Source: Lingula anatina
Taxonomy: Eukaryota; Animalia; Brachiopoda
Assembly: GCA_051362555.1 (NCBI GenBank)
Contig: CM120644.1
Location: forward strand, 20,668,534-20,732,533
Direction: 5' to 3'
DNA: 64,000 nucleotides
A model generated the notes under the pieces. That model saw nothing but the letters and a program-made list of their open reading frames with translations, was not told the origin of the DNA and made no database searches. Shown here piece after piece: positions 53,085-62,853 of this stretch; position 1 is the first letter of the stretch, and every line of letters begins with the position of its first letter. The position numbers and the translations under genes are program-made.

Positions 53085-54441
53085 GGTTGCAGCAATGCAA
53101 GTCAATTAGCGGACACAAAACTGACTAGCATTTAACTTGTCGCTTGTACTTGTAATTGTTAATCACACTTGCGCTTACAATCTGGATTTTATAGGATACG
53201 TTTTAAGGTGTCTCCGGAGTAAAAATCATTTCACTGAAATCATGATACACAGTCAGTGTATTTTTAATTTTTATCTTTTCAGTTAATAAGGTGTATTAAT
53301 AAAGATTCCTTTGACGATCGCGATTTAGACTGTGGCAGTTTAAATAGATCTTAAGTTTATTAGACTGATGGACAAGATGTAGTGCTTATGCATTGAATCA
53401 GCGTGTGCAGTGGTACAACCAATCTTTAATTAATAGGGGAGTTGGAAGAACCAGCGGGTGACCGTTAAACGTTCTAATATTTAATCAACACTGAGCGGAG
53501 AACAAACAAAAAAGGATAAAGATTTGTCACTCTATACGCTGGTGGCCGAGGAAGTTTTAACAAAGCTCGACTAACAACAATGTTTGTCACGGTCAGCTTC
53601 AATATTTCATCCAGCTAAAAGACGAAAACAAAAATATTTTAATACCAATGTTGACTGGAGATGAATTAAAACATTTTTTATTTGATGAATAAGTATTGCC
53701 CCACAACTGATCGTAGTACATCCCCCGATAAAATTTCGCTCGATAGACCATGTCTAGAACCATTAGTAAACCATTTGTTCTAAACTACATGTAGCTGTCA
53801 TAAAAACCTTGCTTGAAAAACTGAATAACTATAAGACCATTGTTATTTTGCAAGGTTAAGCAGCGATAAATATGTTGATATATAGCAAACATTATCAGTA
53901 TGATGTGCCGTATTACGTATAAAACAGGAGTACTTTTCTATTGATGATGATATCTTGCTCACAGTGGGTGACGAAGAGAAGGGGGTGGTTAAACCACGTA
54001 AGTGAAGAATCACTGCACATTAAACGTGCATAGTGTGCCACTTTTACACAGTTTCTACTAATGAAAATGTATCATATCGCAATATACTGATTTCTTCATA
54101 GAAGTTCATTTTTCACAAGTCAAAAACGGCTATTTTGTTTATAAGTTCTGGGCTTTGACAGAGAAGGGCAGGCCTGCTTTAGATGACAGCCAGATTCGGT
54201 TGTATTTGTATGGGGATTGCTACCAGTAATTAACATAGTTTTCACATGCAGTACCATTGAAACACGATGGTCGAGAGATGACTCATGAGCTGAGGTCAGT
54301 ATAACAAGCAGCATGATGGCCAATAAGCTATTTAACCTTTTATGTAACCTCTTTCCAACCGCGGTGATGAAGGCTTAAACCAAGTGTTTTGGTTTCTTAC
54401 TTCTTTGTTTAAGCACAGTCCCCCCCTTTATTCCGGGACTC

Positions 54442-54486
54442 TGCAGCTGATGAAGGTCACTTGTTGACCGAAAAGTGCTTTCTGCA
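54442..54486 (+). ncRNA. Minimal type I hammerhead ribozyme (Penelope-type)
   Basis: TGCAG-CTGATGA-a-GGTCA cttgt TGACC-GAAA-AGTGCT-TT-CTGCA: intact core, 5-bp stems I and II, quasi-palindromic short stem III. Confidence 0.75.
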
Positions 54487-55405
54487 ACCAGTCCAACTCC
54501 CCGCCTTTTTTCGTTTCCCCCGCCGCACTGTGCGTATCTCGCACAGTTGTCCCTTCAGGTCAAACGCATACAGAGGCGAGACACCTCTGTCACATCATAC
54601 CGAAGTGAAACAACAGCCGATAATATTGAATACGGCAATAAATAGTTATCTAACATAATTCGAATCAGAATTATAAGATGGACACGTTCTATCACCGTTG
54701 TCATCTCTTCACAAACACATGATAACACATCTAAGGGACTTTTATACTTCAATCTAAACTCTAACGTCCCAAAAGCAATCTCAAAGCTTTTAATCAGCGG
54801 CGCTGTCAAAAAACACGTCCCCAGGGGCCCAGTCCTGCATCGTGTTATTTTGATAAGAGTTAGTTTAACTAAGACATGAGCCGACCACCCCCAAACAACG
54901 AATATTAAATCGCAACTACAAAGGGGAGGATGTGGTGTGGTGTGAAGATAGCCACAGAGACATAGTACAAAGTAAATGTACAGGAAAAACGAGAGTATGA
55001 AGACAGTGGTTTTATTCCTTTTGTTATTTTCATAATATTAACTTATTTTCATTTTTGATAATTGATTCTCAATGTGTGTTGATAAATTACCAAGTCTTTG
55101 ATTTATTACATTCTCCATGTCTGTTGTGGTGGTACATGCATTCTTGTAATTCTCAATCCTGATACTTTCTCTGAATTTTTTTTTTTAGTCAGACATGCTG
55201 TTCCCTTTACCCAGTTATGTTTAATACGTTATTACACATTATATTTTGATATCATTTCATTATATCTTAACAGAAACCGTTAAGAAGGACACCGCACTGG
55301 AAAAAAGGAAAGGGCGATAGCAGCACCGAACAAGGGGAAGGTGTTGAAAGGGCAACAGCAGAAATATCTAACGCGAGGGTCTGCCAGGCTAAAGAAGTGC
55401 TCAAA

Positions 55406-55477
55406 TTGATGTGTGGAAAATAATTTACACGCAAGGGCGATTTGATGTGAGGAAAATAATTTACACGCAAGGACAAT
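55406..55477 (+). repeat. 36-bp direct tandem duplication
   Basis: ttgatgtgWggaaaataatttacacgcaaggRcRat, two copies. Confidence 0.85.
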
Positions 55478-56774
55478 TTGAGTCCACAGTTGTAGATTAG
55501 ATAATATCACGGTATTCTACATGAAAAATGTTAATATATCTCCTTTACGGTGATTGATTTTTACTTACTGTTTTTTATATATATTGTTATTACAATGAGA
55601 TCAGTACTTCTTATATTTGAACATATATTTGTATATTATTTTGCTGTGATCTGCAAACTGATATGTTTTAATTCAGGCCCAGTCTTGAAAGTCCAATTGG
55701 GGAGGGGAATGACCACAGTACGCGGGAAGCTAAATCATCAATACACAAATCACAGTGTATTATTATCTCACTGATAGTAGGCATTTTAACAATATCCTGA
55801 AAATCACGTATCACCGGGTATAATGTCTTCGTTTAACGAAGGGCGGAGAATAAACAATTGCATTCATAAGTCGTGTGAATGGGGTGCTTCACGAATCAAA
55901 CTAAATAAGATGAACGTTTCACACACCTCAAGAAATAAGTAGCTGTATTTTCTACAGATTTATTCTGAAAGTACATTTTTCTCTTAGAATTTGAGAAGCA
56001 TTTATTTGATTTTGATTAAATACTTTAAGTTAGTCGGATATTTCAGGTACATGTTGTGTTGCGTTTTTCTTGTTTTTAATTTTCCCATATTTTAATGTTA
56101 TTTTATTTCTTTAGCCTACGCATTTTGTAGGGGTTTTGGTGACAATATTTCATCTTTCCTTGGAAGCTAGGCTTCATCGCCTTACTCAATGTGAACAGAA
56201 ATACCTACTGAGTGTAATTTTTAAAACGGGGTCGGGCAATTAGGGCACACATAATTGGCATGTTATTTAACGAGTGGCCACTCTCTGCAAATACATTAAG
56301 TCAATGGATAAGTAGTAGTCGTTTTCATTTTCATCATATGTTTACCAGATGTCGGATAAATAATGGAAAAGCCCGACTACTTATGAAACTGTGACATTCC
56401 TATAATTGTACTTTTGCTTAGATTTTGTTCTGGAAAGTCGTATTTAAATGTGGTTCGTATTTATTTGCGCAATTATTTTACTAGGTAAATCTTTTAATGG
56501 TATTCGCTATTGTTTAGGGTGTGCGTATAATGAGTATACAAAATAATACATTAATTAGTGTAAGATTACTTTCCACTTGTGAAATATAGTAGCTGTATTG
56601 TGCTTTATAAGCATAATTCCCACTGCATTGTAATGGTTATTGTTGTTTTTTTGCAATAAATTACTATAATTGAAAATTCACAAGCCTTCCTCTCATTAAT
56701 GCTCAATAATGGAATGCTATTTGAATTTGAAACATTATCAGTGCTATAAGTAATTGAAATAACTATAATCGTTC

Positions 56775-56980
56775 TTATTTGATTAGAAAAGGGTAGTAAA
56801 GACTTACCTAAAATCGCCTTTATTTGATCGGAAAAGGGTTATAATGACGTACCTCATATCGCATTTACTTCATCGGAAAAGGGTTATAGAGACGTGTCAA
56901 AAATCGCCTATATTTGATCGGAAAGGAGTTGTAAAGAGGTTGTTTTGAGACGCCTATACTTGATCGGAAAGACGTAGTAA
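56775..56980 (+). repeat. Degenerate 45-bp minisatellite, ~4.5 copies
   Basis: Recurrent ttatttgatcggaaaagggttata...atcgcct at 45-bp spacing. Confidence 0.8.
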
Positions 56981-57224
56981 TAGTGCAACTACAATTTTAA
57001 GCTTAGGCATAAAAGGGTAGTAAACCCGTAGACCCTGACCTTTCCGGTAGAGCTTTACACCGTTGAAAAGGCTTGTAAAGAGAATATTCAGACCCATTTC
57101 CTGAAGAGTAAAAGAGCTGAAAATTGACTTTTTGTGCTGTGTTATCATCTTTTTGGTTAATCCCAAAATAATTTAATGTAGTAAAGCCCTTTTTATTGTT
57201 TCTTGTAAGTATATTAAAGTAGTT

Positions 57225-57227
<3 letters not shown>

Positions 57228-57269
<42 letters not shown>
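57228..57269. repeat. Poly(T) tract, 42 nt
   Basis: Uninterrupted T run. Confidence 0.95.
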
Positions 57270-57270
<1 letters not shown>

Positions 57271-57411
57271 AAAGAGTATGTTCTATAATTTTTGAAAGTT
57301 TTAATTAGCATTATAGGAACTGCTGCTGCTGAACCTTAAACTTCAAGATTGACACAGGATGCTATTTCTAATGCTTCTTGCTTTACTCTCATATGTGTTT
57401 TGGTTTATCAG

Positions 57412-57567
57412 GGGAGGACCACTCTGAGAAACAGGCTGGAGAAGGATCACCTCTCTGCCTGTATAAAAATTTCAGGTTTTGGCACAAACCCTAAAGAAAC
57501 AGATTTTGGACAGTTGGTGTGCTCCTTTTATTTGAGGCATCCCAAAAGAACAGACAAGTATGCCTAA
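57412..57567 (+). pseudogene. hAT transposase C-terminal (dimerisation-region) remnant, ZNF862/C17orf113-like
   Basis: RTTLRNRLEKDHLSACIKISGFG...ETDFGQLV...PKR resembles the hAT K/RT.LRNRL....L..L..IS..G....FDF motif. A hAT-like terminus CAGTGTTTCCCCT sits at ~51,354, but no matching right TIR was found. Confidence 0.55.
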
Positions 57568-58456
57568 GATGACTGTGAGATCTGTAAACTGTAAAGGACT
57601 AAACTGAGTGGATGCACAGACTGGAAAATAAATTTTGTCTAAACCTTCCTTGATGTCATTACTGAATTTATTCCTCAAAACATCTAAAACAAGAGAAGTC
57701 ATTGCCACATAAAATGTAAAAAAATCAGTTCTAAATACCTTAAAATGTACCAAATTGCACCTCGTTTGAAAAAAATTTCCAGAAATTATTAAATTTGATA
57801 AAATTTTTCGGGGGCACTATTATTAAATATCGGGAATTTTTCCAGGGGGCACAGTTATTCTGCTAGGCACTGTTATTAAATATTGGAAATTTTTCCAGGG
57901 GGCACAGTTATTCCGCTAGGCATGTAAATAATTTTGGAAAGTTTTCCAGGGGGCACTGTTATTCTGGTAGGCACGTTTATTTGGCACTTCAGAGTAAATA
58001 GCTGTAATTTTTATATAGATTAATTTTATATTTATTTACTTTGTATATACTTTACTTTGTATTTATTTTTATACACCAACATTGTATATATGTATTATAT
58101 TATGTTTAATTTACATGTAAATATGTTTCAAATCAGTATTTTATTTTACAACATACTGTATATATTTAGTGTAGTTTACTGCTTTACAATAAGGGGGACG
58201 AATGAATAGATCTACACTCCTGCCGCGCCATCATCAGATTCTGTAATGGAAAATGCTGCTACATTTTTCGCAGCTTCATTGTCAATTTCATAACAGCATC
58301 TAGTATTGGGACGTCATAAGTGCAGATCTGTTCAAACTCTTTCTTACTGGTAGGACATGTATAGATACTGTATATATTTATCATATGTATATAATTTTTT
58401 AATTCAGAATTTTAATTTATAGAGCAGTGCTTAATTCCACTTCTTTTTTATTGCAG

Positions 58457-58507
58457 TGCCTTGGCTATTAGACTGACATGTCTCTGGCTTGGCCTGACTA
58501 AAGGAAC
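58457..58507 (+). other. Isolated 51-nt exon-like segment
   Basis: Strong acceptor ttcttttttattgcag and donor AAC|gtgagt, on the same strand as the array cassettes. One open frame (ALAIRLTCLWLGLTKG). Confidence 0.4.
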
Positions 58508-58540
58508 GTGAGTGTTGTTTTTATTTTAACTATGCAGATA

Positions 58541-59001
58541 TGGGTAATCTCATAAAATTCCACACCACCGGTGCATTCGGGGTATTGTGAAATTACCATG
58601 ACCCATTAACACTTAATCACCCTCTGCAGTGTGTCAGAAGGCATGTAATACAACTGTAAGGTGAACGGCTATCTATTTCGATGTACTGTTTATAACATTA
58701 AATTCTTAATCTGTATTTTTTATTAGTGACTGTAAGCATATAGCCGTTTGTGTTATCAATCAGGCTCTGCAAAGGTTCTGCAACCTGAGGGTTCCTTCTG
58801 ATCTGCGTTCCAAACCTATTATTGTTCCACCTGCAGTTATGACGAAGTTATTTGCGCAAGAGAATCTCTCCTATCATTCCGTAATTTGACGTACAAGTCA
58901 ATTGATATTATCATCGTCGTCTTAACCTCCATTTTGAATACTCCGTGCCGCTCCATAATTAAAAGTAAAAAAAAAAAAAGAAAAACATGATAGATTACCC
59001 A
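58541..59001. mobile_element. Possible small non-autonomous element with short inverted ends and an internal palindrome
   Basis: tgggtaatct ... agattaccca ends, with hairpin ggtaatctcataaaattcc / ggggtattgtgaaattacc at the left end. No TSD seen. Confidence 0.3.
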
Positions 59002-60521
59002 GTCCCTGTTGTTCTTCACGATCAAAAATGATGTTAAAAGGTTAAGGCAAAGCCAGGTTAAACTGCAATCAATTATATGTTCAAAATTTATAATAATGTG
59101 AGCATTTCAGTCTAATAATTTGAGCTGAAATTGATGCCTCAAGGAAAAACGTAAAATACGCCGTCTTATTTGGGTTATGGATCCTTATTTTCAATATTTA
59201 GAATCAACAACACACGGGAATTTTAAAATTTACAATACAATTTACAGCAAAAAATCTGTAACTATGTGCTATATACGCAGCAAAAACGTCTATTGAAACA
59301 ATTTTAGGAGTGACATTTAATATTGTAACCGAGCCTTGAGAACCAAGACATCGTTAAGAAAGAAAATACTGTCTAAAGGATGAATACAATGAAAGCATGC
59401 CACATACACACACTGGACAATAGAAGTGTCACCCCCTAACTCAGAGTAATAAATAAATCTTGGGTAGTTATAATGCCTGGTCTACTTATAATGTGACTAA
59501 TGAGTATAAAACCGCTATACCATGGAATTGTATTGTTGGTCTTGTACATGTACAGCAAATGTTATTCCTGTCTTCCTCCAATATGGCAAGATACAGGCAA
59601 TTATCTAACGGAAGAGGCGGAATATAAGCAAAGTCAGAATATCGAAACAATTGTTCAGTCGGAACCGTGCAGAGGGTCTGGTCTCAGTATAGAAACACTG
59701 GATCAAGAGACAAATTGCCTCTGATGGATCGTCCAAGAAAAACTACTGGCCGTGAAGACAGACGACTGATTTTGATATCCAGGTTGTCAAAGTTCGACAC
59801 TGCTTGTCAGTTGACAACACCATGGAACAAATTTCACACATAAGAATGTGTCTGTGAAAATTGGTAGGCGTCGGTTACATGCTCATAGAGTGTACAGCAG
59901 GGTAGCAAGACTGAAACCTCTTATATCATTACAAAACAGGCAACGTAGAGTGAACTAGGGTCAACAGGATCTGGAACTGGACAGTCTATGACAATTGGTC
60001 CTATATATTTTTTTCTGATGAGTGTCGCTTTGGTCTGACCTCTGATAACAGACGGGTACGATGCTGGCGAACTGTTGGTAAAGCATTTGAATTACATGCA
60101 CTGAATTTTCGAACCCGGAGCAGCATATTCATCATGGTGTAGGGCTGCATCAGCATCCATGGCTTGGGCGAATTGATAGTGGTTGATGGAAACAGGAATC
60201 ACTAGAAATATATCGATGTTTTGGAGTCAGGCTTGCTACCATCTATTACTAACATGTTTGGTGACTGGAATTATCCATTTGTTCACCAGGATGACAATGC
60301 TCCTGCACAGGCCCAGAGCAGTTGATGATTGGTTTGACCAACAGGACATTCGCAGGGTGATGTGGCCTGCCCAGAGTCCGGATGCAAACATAATAGAAAA
60401 TGTGTGGAATGATATGCCAAAACTTTTGATAAATGCCCGTCTAACCAGCAGAGAAACTCTTTTATATTCAGACTTGTGAAGATTCTTTTGTCTATAGCTA
60501 TTTATATTAGTTTGATCTTAC

Positions 60522-60566
60522 CATCCAATATTTCATCTGCTTGCAGTCAGATTTCATCAGGGAATG
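60522..60566 (-). ncRNA. Minimal hammerhead ribozyme in the Penelope pLTR
   Basis: Minus strand reads cattcc-CTGATGA-a-ATCTG actgcaag CAGAT-GAAA-TA-TT-ggatg, with palindromic ATAT in place of stem III. Confidence 0.75.
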
Positions 60567-60616
60567 AGGTTGTGACAGGTATGACAACCTGTCACCCCCT
60601 CTGGTGTGCTATTTGG

Positions 60617-61826
60617 TCAGATCCCCCCCCTTTTCTGCCCCTCCCTTAGGAGTGGTAGGTAGAGGTTGGGTAGCTCAGTCCCATCATTCCGATTCAACTT
60701 GGCCCCATGTAAGCGGATGTTAATTGCTTCAAGAACTTTCCGGTGTGGATCTCGTGGCTCTCTTTCCAAGATTTTTATGTCTTCTATGGTTGTTGATGTT
60801 ATACAATGCCCTGTCTGTTCCTGGTGTTGGCTGAGGGCAGATTTTTTATCATGTTTTTTGATCGATTTTTGATGTTCAGCGATTCTTTCTGTTAAGGAAC
60901 GTCCTGTCTCTCCGATGTATATCTCTCCACACACCTGACACTCACACTGGTATACAACTCCACACTGTTCTCCTGGGTCTAATTTGTCCTTTGGGGATAC
61001 TAGGATGCCTCTTAATGTCTGTCCTGCCTTATGGTGTAATACTACATTCCTTTTTCTGAATGCTCTTTTTAGTTTTTCACTAACCCCTTTCATGTAAGGT
61101 AGTACCGCATATCCTTTGGGTTTTTCTTTTTCGGTCCTGTTCACTAGCCTTTGTTGTTTTTCTCTTCCTTTCTTTTCCCCTTCTTTTATAGCCCATTCCG
61201 GGTAACCACAGTTTCTAAAAGCCACTCTGATTTTATCCTTCTCTATCTCTACCTTGGGTTTCTCTTTTATCAGTGTGTCTGCCCTATGCATCAGCGTCTT
61301 AATGATTCCTATCTTCTGTTGGACAGGGTGGTGGGATGTCCACTGAAGGTAGTGGTCTGTATGCGTAGGTTTTCTATAAATGTCTGTTGTGACTTTACCA
61401 TTCTTCCTAGTAAGTTGTAAGTCCAGCATGGGTAATGTCTGGTTGTCATCTTCCCTTTCTATTGTAAACTTAATGCTGTCATGTTGTGCATTGATATGTC
61501 GGAAAAGCTCCTCCTCGTGTTGTTTCTGTATTATAACCCCTGTATCATCGACGTATCTGGCCCAAAATTTTGGTGGGTGGGTGGCTGTTCTTATTGCCTG
61601 CTCTTCAAACTCTTCCATGAATAGGTTGGCCAGGACAGGAGAGAGTGGAGAGCCCATTGCCATATTCCATATACCTGTTCGTAAATACGTCCTTGGTACC
61701 AGAAGTAGGTTGTCTCAATTGTTAGCTTTAGTAAGTCCCCAAAATCCTCTGGAGGAAGCAGTGTTCTGTTTTCCCAGGTTTTATCCTTCTTGGCCCTTTC
61801 TACTGCCATACTTGTCACTTCGTTGC
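60617..61826 (-). pseudogene. Penelope reverse transcriptase / GIY-YIG endonuclease, N-terminally truncated, one frameshift near 61,665
   Basis: AMGSPLSP, RYVDD, YRKPTHTDHYL, GVVYQCEC..C..IYIGETGRSL..R..EH, EAINI...LNR..G. The upstream frame TYFWYQGRIYEQVYG joins after a 2-nt shift. Confidence 0.95.
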
Positions 61827-61880
61827 CTGACCAAATAGCACACCAGAGGGGGTGACAGGTTATCATACCTGTCACAACCT

Positions 61881-61924
61881 CATTCCCTGATGAAATCTGA
61901 CTGCAAGCAGATGAAAATTGGATG
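61881..61924 (+). ncRNA. Second hammerhead copy in the inverted pLTR (1-nt deletion after GAAA)
   Basis: cattccCTGATGAaATCTGactgcaagCAGATGAAAattggatg. Confidence 0.6.
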
Positions 61925-62589
61925 GTAAGATCAAACTAATATAAATAGCTATAGACAAAAGAATCTTCACAAGTCTATTACAATAACATAGCTAATGAAA
62001 CTGTTCTACTCTTTTATATTCAGTGTTTCATGCTTGGGCCAGCATAAGCCCTGAACGCATCAGACAATTATATGAATCCTTGCCTCGTAGACAGGCACCT
62101 GTTATTAGGTCACGTGGCTATGCCACTAAGTACTAATTTTGGACTTGAAACTGCATATTTTGGTAGAATGTATATTTTGTTCTCATTTTGTGATTTTTTG
62201 TGAAATTTGATGTTAATCAAATGATACCAGGAGCATATCATTCCACAGTCATTTATCTCCCCCATAGTATTGGTTCAGTAGGGGTGACACTTCTATTGTC
62301 CAGTGTGTGTATAGATGAACAATGATTGTGTGCAGTCGGGCAGATAATCATTGGGAGATGGGACTTGGGAGATGAAAATAAACGCTGTCGCTCAGCAGCA
62401 TCAGTAGAGGAAGAGGTGGCAATTAAGGCTGTCACTCATCACCTCAAACGAGACAAACTCAACTTACTTCCTTTAACCCAGCTGACTTACTCTAAGCATT
62501 GTGGCCTATTCTGTTTACCCTGTACTTACTATGTTTAATGTGCGGTACGTAAGATTAGGGTGGATTATCCATATGCATAATGTCACCTT

Positions 62590-62853
62590 CTCTGTGTATA
62601 TAAGTATATATTTTATTGATGATGTATTATCTGTTTTCAGTAGAGACGAAGGTGTGTTTCCTGGATTATAATTACACTGAGGACAGCTGAGCTGATCTCA
62701 ACCTCGCAGCCTCAGCACAGGTCAGTGCAACAATGATATTGCCATACTGATGATTCTCTTTAATCGAATTGTGACCATCGACACAATATATGTATGTGGT
62801 ACCTGACAAATTATTATTTTGGAGAAGGTTCACTTAGGTCCCATTCTGTTTTA
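62590..62853 (+). repeat. Orphan diverged copy of the array monomer including the 80-nt cassette (62,641-62,720)
   Basis: ttttattgatgatgtattatctgttttcag|TAGAGACGAAGG...CTCAGCACAG|gtcagtgcaac, with flanks more diverged than the cassette. Confidence 0.93.

Larger units (their letters stand above)
51083..57994. mobile_element. 6.9-kb TA-flanked TIR element (Tc1/mariner superfamily, possibly pogo-like) enlarged by nested inserts
   Basis: TA-CTCTGAAGTGCCAAATAAATGTGCC ... GGCACGTTTATTTGGCACTTCAGAG-TA. Subterminal ggcac/ttttcca repeats at 51,105-51,205 and 57,790-57,980. Confidence 0.8.
60472..62007 (-). mobile_element. 5'-truncated Penelope-like retroelement with inverted pseudo-LTR
   Basis: ~150-bp inverted repeats at 60,471-60,620 and 61,827-61,975. 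16-bp TSD ACTCTTTTATATTCAG at 60,456-60,471 and 62,008-62,023. RT plus GIY-YIG ORF inside. Confidence 0.95.
59583..62136 (+). pseudogene. Disrupted Tc1 transposase
   Basis: MARYRQLS start, FSDECRFGL...VRCWR, QDDNAPA, WPAQSPDANIIENVW. Resumes after the insert to ...RGYATKY*. Multiple frameshifts and stops. Confidence 0.9.
59407..62309 (+). mobile_element. Tc1-like DNA transposon (about 1.35 kb without the nested Penelope)
   Basis: Perfect 29-bp TIR CACACACTGGACAATAGAAGTGTCACCCC with TA on both sides. Confidence 0.95.

Noticed and set aside
57003-57311. Poly-lysine ORF or retroposed poly(A) tail
   Set aside because: The ORF derives from the T run, and no TSD or recognisable retroelement body is adjacent.
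58190-58370. Possible minus-strand coding exon
   Set aside because: In-frame stops and no recognisable motif.
60666-61838. Plus-strand ORFs within Penelope, and 63,222-63,561 within Tc1
   Set aside because: They are antisense shadows of transposon coding sequence.
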